From: Candidatus Lloydbacteria bacterium RIFCSPHIGHO2_02_FULL_50_18 | Lineage (GTDB): Bacteria; Patescibacteriota; Minisyncoccia; Phycocordibacterales; UBA6899 | Direction: 5' to 3' | DNA: 44,951 nt | NCBI GenBank assembly: GCA_001821395.1 | Contig: MHLM01000013.1 | Location: 1 to 44,951 of the forward strand | Part shown: positions 1 to 9,999 of the stretch, piece after piece | Layout of the letters: each line of letters starts with the position of its first letter | How positions within the stretch are numbered: position 1 is the first letter of the stretch | Position numbers and translations under genes: made by a program | The notes under the pieces: generated by a model | Seen by the model: the letters and a program-made list of their open reading frames with translations, nothing else | What the model was told of the DNA's origin: nothing | Databases searched by the model: none

Positions 1-84
1 TGGCCTATAACACCACCAGTATATCCCGACGGGTATGTTCGTTTTTCGGCTCGCGCCAATAGGAGTTACTGTTGCAATTCAAGG

Positions 85-318
85 TTGAATAAAAGAAGTA
101 ACGCAGAAATATCTCTTTGCGCAACAGAGGGCTGCGGGATGAATCTCGATTTTCTTTTTGCTGATCAGAAGTATCTTACGGTAATGTCCGTTGATCCGGC
201 AGGTGGAGTGGCGGATACGGAGTATGCAGGATATTACGTATGGGTGAGTTCGAACAATCGCATCACCGCCTGTGCCCCCCGCGCTGAACTCGGCGCAGAT
301 ATTTCCGTTACGCGCTAG
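85..318 (+). CDS. hypothetical small protein (start uncertain: TTG at 85 or ATG at 139)
   Basis: Open frame ending with TAG at 316-318. The stop is embedded in a hairpin (307-330) followed by TGTTTTT and a second perfect hairpin, consistent with a real gene end. No recognisable motif. Confidence 0.25.
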   Translation: MNKRSNAEISLCATEGCGMNLDFLFADQKYLTVMSVDPAGGVADTEYAGYYVWVSSNNRITACAPRAELGADISVTR

Positions 319-368
319 TGCTTGCGTAACTGTTTTTAACATAGACCGAATATAAGTTCGGTCTATGT
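307..368 (+). terminator. tandem hairpins (GTTACGC..GCGTAAC at 307-330, then T-run, then 12-bp perfect stem ACATAGACCGAA-TATAA-TTCGGTCTATGT at 339-368)
   Basis: Read directly from the sequence. The first hairpin is followed by TGTTTTT. The second has a 5-nt loop. Confidence 0.4.
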
Positions 369-382
369 TGTATGAATGAATT

Positions 383-1015
383 TTGCATCAGCAAATATCG
401 ACTTCTCATTGTGGACGGCAAATAGTTCTTGACCTGAGGAATTCTTCACGTATGCTGTTTTTAGACAAGATTAAGGAGAAGCACGTGGGATTGTCGTTTC
501 CGATCTTCACATATTTGCATGGAAATACGACGGGAAAGACCACTGGGCAGCTTCGCTACTGCGATGAATCGACGCACCCGCTTACGTGCACGGTCGGTCT
601 TGATGAGTACTGTGCATATGTTCATGAAAACATGCTCGCGCATTGTCAGCTTGTCATTTTTGATGGCTTCATACTCCCGGGCGGGCTTCCTCGTGGGGCG
701 CAAATATTCGATTATGAATATGGACGTAGTACTGATAAGTATCGTACGTACGGAGTAAAGAAGATTCTGCATATCGAGAAGACTGCGACCGTAAAAGGCG
801 GATCGGAATTATCGCCTTCCTTTTGCGAGTACAAAGAGCGCGACATTAATTATGTTCAAGGGGTGACGGTGGTCACATTACGACGGTATATCATCGCGAT
901 CCCTCACGGTCACCGCGTGTTGGGATTTCGAGTCCGACCACGCTCGCTTGATCGTCAGTACACGTCCATCGAAGCAACAAGCAATAACGTTATTTTTCGC
1001 TCAGTTGTGAAATGA
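383..1015 (+). CDS. hypothetical protein (about 187-210 aa; alternative ATG at 452)
   Basis: 210-codon open frame with no recognisable domain. The coding status is uncertain. Confidence 0.3.
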   Translation: MHQQISTSHCGRQIVLDLRNSSRMLFLDKIKEKHVGLSFPIFTYLHGNTTGKTTGQLRYCDESTHPLTCTVGLDEYCAYVHENMLAHCQLVIFDGFILPGGLPRGAQIFDYEYGRSTDKYRTYGVKKILHIEKTATVKGGSELSPSFCEYKERDINYVQGVTVVTLRRYIIAIPHGHRVLGFRVRPRSLDRQYTSIEATSNNVIFRSVVK

Positions 1016-1166
1016 ACAAATACCCGCCATTCAGCGAGTATTTTTTGTGTTATTGAATATTATTGCCGCCTTATGTCCGGATCGTATTCTGCTTCTCCCC
1101 GCGCATGGGGGAGGTGTATGGGGGGGGTGAAGAATTCCCCCACATCGCGATTCGCGGAGAAATAAT

Positions 1167-1206
1167 TATTATCTTAACCTATGCTATAGCATAGGTTAAG
1201 ATAATA
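1167..1206. repeat. 40-bp perfect palindrome (20-bp arms, no spacer), AT-rich
   Basis: TATTATCTTAACCTATGCTA | TAGCATAGGTTAAGATAATA. The reverse complement of the right arm equals the left arm exactly. It lies in the 517-bp gap between convergent genes. Confidence 0.9.
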
Positions 1207-1239
1207 CATTTTGTCACACGTTGCCACCTTTTGTTACCA

Positions 1240-1386
1240 CCAGATGAAGCTCCCCGGGGCAGAGCACGGGGTTTTAATGCCGCATAATAAAAGGTATTAA
1301 ACCTCAGGGCAAGCCCTGGACTCGCAATGAGCTCGCAAAGCCTCGCGCGAGTCCGCGGCAGAGCCGCGGGGTATTGAACCTTTTTT
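1240..1386 (+). ncRNA. candidate small structured RNA or terminator cluster (GC-rich multi-hairpin segment ending in a T6 run)
   Basis: Consecutive perfect short stems: CCCCG-GGCAGAGCA-CGGGG, CAGGGC-AA-GCCCTG, ACTCGC...GCGAGT, and CCGCGG-CAGAG-CCGCGG followed by GGTATTGAACC and TTTTTT at 1381-1386. No match to RNase P, tmRNA or SRP consensus that I could verify. Confidence 0.2.
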
Positions 1387-1532
1387 AGCCCTCCTCGGCT
1401 CGGAAATGAAAAAGAAGAATTTTTCATTTCGCTCACTCTACGTCGGCAATAAAAATTCTCGAGGTCCGGAATCATTGGTCCGAAAGATTGAGACGGGACG
1501 GGCGTAAGCGTGCCCATTTTTATGACGGCTTC

Positions 1533-2891
1533 TCAGCGCTTGATCGCTTGAAGGTAGAGGAAGAGTGGAATCTCTTTGCGGGCATCGTTTTCAGCTTTTG
1601 CACGAGGACCTGAATCGCTCGCTTTGTGAGAGATCCACTCCTCGAGTTTTGTCACGGCAAATCCCGCTTTGGTGAACGCCTTAAAATAGAATTGCAACGG
1701 TCGGTGGAATGATATCGTCTGCGGAGAGTCGGCGAACCCCGGATGCATGTCGATAGCGGTGCTCGAGTTCGAGAGGTACTGATCGATGCGCCGGAATTGC
1801 ACTTTATTCTGGTCATCGTAATCCCACGATGATGCTTTCGGAATGCGGAAGGCGGGGTGATTCATCACGATGTGGAGCTGCCCGCCTTGTGTGAGAACGC
1901 GTGCCGCCTCTTTCATCGTACTCTCGATGTGCTCGATGTTTTGTATCGAGAGGCTGATGAGTGCCTTCGTGAACGTGTCATTATCGAACATCGTCAATTT
2001 GTCGGCGCTTGCGACGTGGTAGGGGATGAGCGGTGATTCTGCTTTAGCGATAGCAATGAGTTCCGGCGCAATGTCCACCCCTTCCACTTTTGCACCCGTT
2101 TTGGCGATCGCGCGCGTGAAAAATCCCTGACCACAGGCGAGGTCGAGAATATTGTCATCGGCTTTTGCGTCGATGAGACGAATCAGATTTGGGAGTATCA
2201 CCTTCTCGTGATAGGTATCCGCTTCGTTTAAATGCTTATCGTACCACGACGCGACCTCGCCCCATGACGCCGATGCGGTTCTCGGTCTATTTGGAATGTT
2301 CGACCTAAACGAAGGCTTTACTCCCTCTTTGTCGCCATGTTTGGTGTATGCTTTTTTCCCGGCAAAGTCCTCGCTCCTTCCGGTTCCAGGCCTAGGGGAA
2401 TACGCTGTCGGCACACCACTGCGAGGCACATAGGGAGTTCTTTTTTCCGCGTATTTACCTTTTTCCATCTTTGATTTTGACCAGGATGTTGATTTTTTTA
2501 CAGGAAAGGCACTGTGCGTGCTACTCTTCACGTAGCCTGCTTTTGTATAAGGTGTGCGAGATTCCGGTCTCCCGCCTATTCCATACGAAGAACGGACAAA
2601 CGGCTTTCGCTCGTCTCCGCCAGTTTCAGGTGTGCGGGGCGTATATGTCTTTTTGATATAGCCTGTTGAGTTTGGTCTTACCGTTGCGCTCGTTACGGGG
2701 GATTTGTAGATATTCGTGATCGTGGGTCGAAAAGACTTCGCACTATTTTTTGCGACATATCCGGAACTTGCCCGTAGCAAGGAGGGTCTTCCTGTTGGCG
2801 TGCCGAATGTTGCCTTTCGGCTAATGTGACGCTTTGAGGTCACATCCCTGTTCTTCGCCCCAACCTTCGGTCCGTATTTTTTCTTTTCCAT
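1533..2891 (-). CDS. class I SAM-dependent methyltransferase with ~290-aa basic, Tyr/Lys/Pro/Thr-rich low-complexity N-terminal extension
   Basis: The C-terminal half carries ILDLACGQGFFT (motif I, GxGxG-like) and a methyltransferase fold. The N-terminus has degenerate repeats (KTYTPRTP, RTPYTKAGY, KRTPYVPRSG, KAYTKHGD). Start is placed at ATG 2891 (MEKKKYGP) to avoid overlap with the upstream deaminase. The frame is open back to 3038. Confidence 0.7.
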   Translation of the reverse strand: MEKKKYGPKVGAKNRDVTSKRHISRKATFGTPTGRPSLLRASSGYVAKNSAKSFRPTITNIYKSPVTSATVRPNSTGYIKKTYTPRTPETGGDERKPFVRSSYGIGGRPESRTPYTKAGYVKSSTHSAFPVKKSTSWSKSKMEKGKYAEKRTPYVPRSGVPTAYSPRPGTGRSEDFAGKKAYTKHGDKEGVKPSFRSNIPNRPRTASASWGEVASWYDKHLNEADTYHEKVILPNLIRLIDAKADDNILDLACGQGFFTRAIAKTGAKVEGVDIAPELIAIAKAESPLIPYHVASADKLTMFDNDTFTKALISLSIQNIEHIESTMKEAARVLTQGGQLHIVMNHPAFRIPKASSWDYDDQNKVQFRRIDQYLSNSSTAIDMHPGFADSPQTISFHRPLQFYFKAFTKAGFAVTKLEEWISHKASDSGPRAKAENDARKEIPLFLYLQAIKR

Positions 2892-2952
2892 TTCGGCATT
2901 CTGACATACATTTGTCAATAAAACAAATCCCCGCGCTAAGGCGGGGTAAATA

Positions 2953-3465
2953 TCATGGATTCCAGTATTTTCCACTATGGAGAATTGACGGTCCGCCGAC
3001 GATGCCATCATACTCGATGATGCTGACACCCGCCTCACGGAGCATCATGTGCGCAATGACGATGTCTGCGCTCCATACCGATTCCGGCGGCGTGCGATCA
3101 TGCGCCTGCTTGTGGATGATAAGCGTTCTGATCCCCTCATCGATGATCTCCTGTGCGCACTCGGTGCATGCAGCCCACGGGCAGACCATCGTTAGTCCGT
3201 CGAAGTGGGGAACATTGTGTGCGCGTCGCGCGGTTCCAAGGGTCGAGCGTTCAGCATGGTGTACTAATTTGTATTTTAGTGCGCGGTCGTTCCACCGTTC
3301 GTCCGAGCTGATCACACCATGCGGGAAACGATTGTGATCGGCACCGAGAATGACTACGTTGTCGCCGATACGGGAGACGACAAGCGCACCATTCTGTGTT
3401 GATGGGTCGGGGCTTTTTGTCGCTTCCACGTATGCCTGCCGAAGCAGCTCTTTCCAAATATCCAT
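2953..3465 (-). CDS. dCMP deaminase / cytidine-deoxycytidylate deaminase family (ComEB-like)
   Basis: HAERSTL ... PCPWAACTECAQEI zinc-binding deaminase signature (H-A-E and P-C-x-x-C). GGAGG sits 6 nt upstream of ATG 3465. Confidence 0.8.
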   Translation of the reverse strand: MDIWKELLRQAYVEATKSPDPSTQNGALVVSRIGDNVVILGADHNRFPHGVISSDERWNDRALKYKLVHHAERSTLGTARRAHNVPHFDGLTMVCPWAACTECAQEIIDEGIRTLIIHKQAHDRTPPESVWSADIVIAHMMLREAGVSIIEYDGIVGGPSILHSGKYWNP

Positions 3466-3601
3466 GCAAACCTCCATTATATAGAGCAAACTTTGTCCAG
3501 TGTAAGGTCGCGCATTGCTTTTGTAGACTACACAAAATTGCAAAATATGCCGTAATGATGTATATTCCTCCTATCGACGCTCGCTTTGCGGGCGTTTAAT
3601 T

Positions 3602-5419
<1,818 letters not shown>

Positions 5420-5442
5420 TTCCCAATTGCGTGATTACTCTG

Positions 5443-5463
5443 CCCCGCAATAGCGGGGTTTTG
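5443..5463 (+). terminator. rho-independent terminator after typA
   Basis: CCCCGCAATAGCGGGG followed by TTTTG. Confidence 0.75.
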
Positions 5464-5769
5464 TATTTCACGTTGATTGACAATCAAGTCAAGAGATGAT
5501 ACAGTGTAATCCTCATAAAACTCCTCTCTCGAATGGTCGAACATTGAGAGACTTCCACAACAAATGGTAAGTCACAGAGGTATGTTGTGGGAAGTCTAGG
5601 ACATGCGCAAATGACGAATTTCATCGTTGCGAGGCCCCAGTGATTCGGTCGACATATGTGAATATGTCTTCCTCGTCACTCTCCCCGCGTCTCGATTTTC
5701 ATTCATTTTCGTCAGTCCGGTTATTTAATTACTGTTGCACTACGGTGTAACGGTCATAATCAAATTTAT

Positions 5770-7260
5770 ATGGAAGAAAAAAATAAGCCTGGTGCATACC
5801 GGGCAGGCGGACGACCGTCATATGGCGGTACGCGACGTGCAGTGGTTCTCGGTGGTATTGGTGGAGGCGGTCGCTATGAACCGCCACGCAAGCGCACAAA
5901 GAAAAGTAATTTTATCAGCAATATCGAGCGTGGAGGAGCTCCAGAGGCCCCGCGAACCGAGCGTCCTGCGTCGCACTCTGCGCCATTTGCGCGGCCAGCT
6001 TCTACCCCTCGCAAGTTCGCCCCGCGTTCATCTTCATATTCCTCAAATTCCTCATCACGTGGTACAAGCTCGTTTGGCGGAAGTCGCGGAGGTTTTTCAC
6101 GCGGTGGAAGCGGACGTCCGCAGCAGAAGCGCGGAAATACAAGAAATCCGGGTGAGAATATCGATGTCAATCGTTTTGTGAGTCGCGCAGTCGTAGTCGA
6201 GGAGGAAAAAATTTACGTCCCGACGCATCAGTTCAGCGATCTCAAGATCGAGACGAAGTTAAAAGAGAATATTACGAGAAAAGGTTATTCCATCCCAACT
6301 GCTATTCAGGATCAGTCGATTCCCGAAGTGCTAAAGGGTCGTGATCTTATCGGTATCGCAAATACCGGAGAAGGCAAGACCGCCGCATTTTTGGTGCCAC
6401 TGATCAACAAAATGATGCTTCATCCGGAGAGCCGTGTACTGGTCATTGTTCCGACGCGCGAGCTCGCACTTCAGATCGATGAAGAATTCATGGGATTTGC
6501 GAGGGGGCTCGGCATTTATTCGGTGTTGCTTGTCGGTGGAACGTCGATGGGTATGCAGATCGAGCGCTTGCGCCGTAGAGTGCGCATGGTCATAGGCACA
6601 CCGGGACGTCTCAAGGATCTCGTGGAGCGCGGAGAGCTGAAGCTTGCTGAGTTCGATAACCTCGTACTCGACGAAGCAGATCGTATGCTCGACATGGGTT
6701 TTATCGTGGATATCAAATTTCTCATTGAAAAAATGCCGAAGGAACGTCACACGCTCTTTTTCTCAGCGACATTCTCGCGCGAGATTGAGGACTTGGCACA
6801 CCGCATGCTGCACGACCCTATCCGCATCTCCGTGAAGAAGCAGGACACGGCAAAGAACGTGGAGCAGGACATCATTCGCTTCCGCGAGAAAGGTCAAAAG
6901 TTCGACTTGTTGTGTGACCTCTTGCACAAGTCCGAGTTCAACAAGGTACTCGTCTTCGGACGCACTAAACACGGCGTGGAAAAACTCGGCAAGGATCTCG
7001 CGCAGGCCGGATTCCGTGCCGCTTCGATTCATGGAAACAAGACGCAGCCGCAACGCCAGCGCGCACTTAAGGATTTCAAGGATGATCGTGTTCAGATCCT
7101 TGTTGCAACCGACGTCGCGGCACGCGGACTCGATATTCCGAATGTCTCGCACGTTATTAACTATGAAGTGCCGGGAACCTATGATGACTACGTGCATCGT
7201 ATCGGACGTACCGGACGTGCCGGAAAGAAGGGGGCAGCACTGACATTCGTAGAAGGATAA
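5770..7260 (+). CDS. DEAD-box ATP-dependent RNA helicase with ~130-aa N-terminal RGG/GGS-rich extension
   Basis: Q-motif and GEGKTAAF (motif I), DEAD at LVLDEADRMLD, SAT, HGNKTQPQR, ARGLD and HRIGRTGRAG motifs. The N-terminus is glycine/arginine/serine-rich. Confidence 0.9.
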   Translation: MEEKNKPGAYRAGGRPSYGGTRRAVVLGGIGGGGRYEPPRKRTKKSNFISNIERGGAPEAPRTERPASHSAPFARPASTPRKFAPRSSSYSSNSSSRGTSSFGGSRGGFSRGGSGRPQQKRGNTRNPGENIDVNRFVSRAVVVEEEKIYVPTHQFSDLKIETKLKENITRKGYSIPTAIQDQSIPEVLKGRDLIGIANTGEGKTAAFLVPLINKMMLHPESRVLVIVPTRELALQIDEEFMGFARGLGIYSVLLVGGTSMGMQIERLRRRVRMVIGTPGRLKDLVERGELKLAEFDNLVLDEADRMLDMGFIVDIKFLIEKMPKERHTLFFSATFSREIEDLAHRMLHDPIRISVKKQDTAKNVEQDIIRFREKGQKFDLLCDLLHKSEFNKVLVFGRTKHGVEKLGKDLAQAGFRAASIHGNKTQPQRQRALKDFKDDRVQILVATDVAARGLDIPNVSHVINYEVPGTYDDYVHRIGRTGRAGKKGAALTFVEG

Positions 7261-7490
7261 AGAAGGATAAACAGCAATAAAAAAACACGAGCAGGTTATA
7301 CTCGTGCACTCCGATGACTTATTCCCGATCCGAACCAATCTTTTTAAAAGATGAGTAACTTGGTTACTAAATGTGATCGTCGGGTCGGGGATAAGAAAGA
7401 GGAGTTTGTACAAGTTAATTATGTCAGTGTTACCATGTTTGTCAATTTGTTGTCCACTGCGCTCGCGGAAATAAGTCGGTGAAGCAAGCA

Positions 7491-7519
7491 TTTACTTTTT
7501 ATTTAATATCTGTTATAAT
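7491..7519 (+). promoter_or_regulatory. sigma70-like promoter: -35 TTTACT, 17-bp spacer, -10 TATAAT ending 7 nt before the tlyA ATG (leaderless)
   Basis: TTTACT at 7491-7496, TATAAT at 7514-7519, ATG at 7526. No Shine-Dalgarno sequence is possible. Confidence 0.5.
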
Positions 7520-7525
7520 AGATTT

Positions 7526-8287
7526 ATGATACGATCGTTCGATGAAGATGGTGTGCGGCTTGATAAAGCCCTCGTTGAACGAGGACTTGTTCCTTCTCGT
7601 GCCCGCGCACAGTCACTGATCCGCTCGAAGGGCGTGAAGGTAGACGGGAAGATCGTGACCGACAAGGACTTTATCGTCGATGAGGAAACGGAGGTCGTGC
7701 TGGTGACTCAGGACTTACGCTGGGTATCCCGCGCAGGACTCAAGCTCGAGCATGCGCTCACGTTTTGGCACATCGATGTGGCCGGGAAGGTTGCACTCGA
7801 CGTTGGAGCATCGACGGGAGGTTTCACTGATGTGTTGCTGAATGCCGGCATTAAGAAAGTCTATGCAGTCGACGTTGGCCATGGTCAGCTTGCAGAAAAG
7901 CTCCGCGACAACAAAAAGGTCGTGAACATGGAAGGTGTCCACATCAATACGGTCACACGAGCGACATTTAAAGAAAAGATCGATATTGTCGTCATTGATG
8001 TTTCCTTTATTTCTGTAGAAAAAGTATTGCCGTATATAAAAAGTCTCCTTAAGAAGGACGGTATCCTTATCGTTCTCGTGAAGCCGCAGTTTGAAGTGGG
8101 GAAGGCCGATATCGGAAAAGGTATCGTGACGGACCCGAAGCTTCATGCGAAGGTCGCGGGGCGTATTGAAACGGTCATTCATAGCATGGGCTTTCATGTC
8201 GCCGGTGTTGTTGCGTCACCGATCCTTGGTGGAGACGGCAATAAGGAGTTTTTACTGTATGCGCACTTGGGTGAACCGAAGATCTAA
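7526..8287 (+). CDS. tlyA: TlyA-family rRNA 2'-O-methyltransferase (hemolysin A-like) with N-terminal S4 domain
   Basis: An S4-like N-terminus (RLDKALVERGLVPSRARAQSLIRSKGVKVDG) followed by an FtsJ-like methyltransferase with LDVGASTGGFTDVLL. Confidence 0.85.
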   Translation: MIRSFDEDGVRLDKALVERGLVPSRARAQSLIRSKGVKVDGKIVTDKDFIVDEETEVVLVTQDLRWVSRAGLKLEHALTFWHIDVAGKVALDVGASTGGFTDVLLNAGIKKVYAVDVGHGQLAEKLRDNKKVVNMEGVHINTVTRATFKEKIDIVVIDVSFISVEKVLPYIKSLLKKDGILIVLVKPQFEVGKADIGKGIVTDPKLHAKVAGRIETVIHSMGFHVAGVVASPILGGDGNKEFLLYAHLGEPKI

Positions 8288-8310
8288 AGAGCATCGTACG
8301 CAGTAGCTCA

Positions 8311-8372
8311 TATCTTTTCTTTCTAAAAGATACATACCCTCGCAAGCAAAATGCTCGCGGGGGTATGTTGTG
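8311..8372. terminator. bidirectional terminator region between convergent tlyA and the LOG gene
   Basis: ATCTTTT-CTTTC-TAAAAGAT hairpin, and a long CATACCCTCGCAAGCAAAATGCTCGCGGGGGTATG hairpin. Confidence 0.5.
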
Positions 8373-8403
8373 CTACACGGAGACTGGAAGTGCACTTGTT
8401 GCT

Positions 8404-9180
8404 CTAGAGATTCTCTTTTGGGTTGATCTCGCACACCTCATGGAATTGATTTTCCTCAATATGCTCAATGATCTCATCTTTGTCGTCAATGATCGCGAAG
8501 AGGTGCAAGTCTTTTTTTGCGATCGTTCCATGGACCTGTAGCATCGTCTTTTCCAGAAAATCCTTAAGCGGGTCCCAAAAATCCGAACCGACGAGCACAA
8601 TAGGCACACGGTGCATCTTTTTTGTTTGGATAAGCGTGATGATCTCAAAGAATTCATCAAGTGTTCCAAATCCTCCCGGGAAAAAAATATACGCCTCGGC
8701 CGAATACGACATCGTCGTCTTTCGCGCAAAGAAATAATAGAATGATAGCGAATCGGTCACGTAGGGATTGATGATCTGTTCATGCGGAAGTTCAATGTTC
8801 AAGCCGATCGAATCTCCTTCAGCGTCCATTGCGCCACGGTTTCCCGCTTCCATGATACCGGGTCCGCCGCCGGTGATAATAGCGTAGCCTCTTTTTGAAA
8901 GTTTGTATGCGAGCGCCCGAGCATCCTTGTAGTGTACGTTTTCCGATAGGAATCGCGCTGAGCCGTAGATCGTCACCGATCGTTGGTATTTATTGATGAA
9001 CGAAAGTCCGTCACTGAATTCTTTTGTTATGCGAGAGACACGTTTTTCGTTTGCCGCTTCTTGAAGTGACGCTCTCGTGTGCGGCTCACGCTCAATGTTT
9101 GTTTCGGGGATGTTAATTGCGGGAAGATCACTCGATCCTGTTGGTTTTTTTCCAGGTGGCATATACGGAGAGTATAGCAT
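8404..9180 (-). CDS. LOG family protein (TIGR00730, Rossmann-fold nucleotide/cytokinin riboside 5'-monophosphate phosphoribohydrolase-like)
   Basis: GGGPGIMEA ... PGGFGTLDE(F)FE core motifs. Start is chosen at ATG 9180 (MLYSPY); the frame is open further upstream but would overlap the divergent gene. Confidence 0.75.
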   Translation of the reverse strand: MLYSPYMPPGKKPTGSSDLPAINIPETNIEREPHTRASLQEAANEKRVSRITKEFSDGLSFINKYQRSVTIYGSARFLSENVHYKDARALAYKLSKRGYAIITGGGPGIMEAGNRGAMDAEGDSIGLNIELPHEQIINPYVTDSLSFYYFFARKTTMSYSAEAYIFFPGGFGTLDEFFEIITLIQTKKMHRVPIVLVGSDFWDPLKDFLEKTMLQVHGTIAKKDLHLFAIIDDKDEIIEHIEENQFHEVCEINPKENL

Positions 9181-9205
9181 TTTCACCAAGACTGTACATG
9201 GTATA

Positions 9206-9994
9206 ATGGCTGCTGTAATGGAATATTTGAAGCATGTGGGAAATCTCAGGGCATACATCCGAAGGGATAAGGAAGATGCGGCGACATTTTTTGCGAAAGA
9301 CATTTCGCGCAAACTGAAAGAATTTCGGGATGTAGAGCGGCGCGATGTATTATTCCTTTCGTCGGGAGGTTCAGCACTTACTGCGCTTGACCGCATCGAT
9401 GATGAGGTCATCGGTCCCTATCTCACCATTGGTATCTTTGACGAACGTTTTGACGGGCACGGAAAGTCAATCAATTATGCGCAATTACGAAAAACTGATT
9501 TTTACAGAAAAGCGGTTGCGCGGGGTTGTCGGCTTATCGATACCAGCACGCGCAGAGGAGAGAGCAAGGAAATGCTCGCCGATTTTTATGAGAATGAATT
9601 ACGCAGCTGGCGCGTTCGTCACCCTCGGGGGGCTATTATGGCGACGATGGGTGTCGCAGTGAACGGGCATACTGCAGGCATCATGCCGCACACTGAGGAT
9701 CCACAAAAATTTTCCCAGCTTTTTGAGCAAGAGCGATGGATCATTGCATACGATGCGAAAGAGAAGGACCCATTTCCCTTACGCGTTACCACGACGCTTA
9801 CTTTCCTCCGCCAGGTCGATCTCGTCGGTATCTTTGTGGTGGGAAAAGAAAAAGGAGCAATGTTCGGAAGGCTGATGAGTGGTGACGACGTGGCTGAGAT
9901 CCCCGGTCGCATTGTGAAGACCCTTCCTCGCGGCGCGATATATCTTGACGCAGCGCTCGTTGGGGCGGCAGGGTATGCGACTCCGGCAAAATAA
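9206..9994 (+). CDS. 6-phosphogluconolactonase / glucosamine-6-phosphate deaminase fold protein
   Basis: LSSGGSALTAL matches the LSGGSTP-like motif, and MGVAVNGHTAGIMP matches the GxGxDGHTAS-like motif of the Pgl/NagB family. The ATG at 9206 overlaps a TATAAT-like sequence. Confidence 0.6.
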   Translation: MAAVMEYLKHVGNLRAYIRRDKEDAATFFAKDISRKLKEFRDVERRDVLFLSSGGSALTALDRIDDEVIGPYLTIGIFDERFDGHGKSINYAQLRKTDFYRKAVARGCRLIDTSTRRGESKEMLADFYENELRSWRVRHPRGAIMATMGVAVNGHTAGIMPHTEDPQKFSQLFEQERWIIAYDAKEKDPFPLRVTTTLTFLRQVDLVGIFVVGKEKGAMFGRLMSGDDVAEIPGRIVKTLPRGAIYLDAALVGAAGYATPAK

Positions 9995-9999
9995 TTTCC

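Noticed and set aside
1179-1517. 112-codon minus-strand ORF (R-rich) in the convergent gap
   Set aside because: No SD. It lies entirely over GC-rich perfect hairpins and the 40-bp palindrome, its composition is low-complexity, and it is more plausibly non-coding structure.
1240-1520. Possible RNase P RNA, tmRNA or SRP RNA
   Set aside because: I looked for the P4 AGGAAAGUCCGGGCUCC and GGGUGAAA boxes, the tmRNA tag or tRNA-like end, and the SRP AGGUCCGGAAGGAAGCAGC motif. Only a fragment (GGTCCGGAA) was present, which is insufficient to call any of these.
9162-9208. Apparent head-to-head overlap of the LOG gene and the 6PGL-like gene
   Set aside because: With the starts chosen (9180 minus, 9206 plus) the genes do not overlap. 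The longer upstream extensions of both frames lack SD support, so no real gene overlap is claimed.
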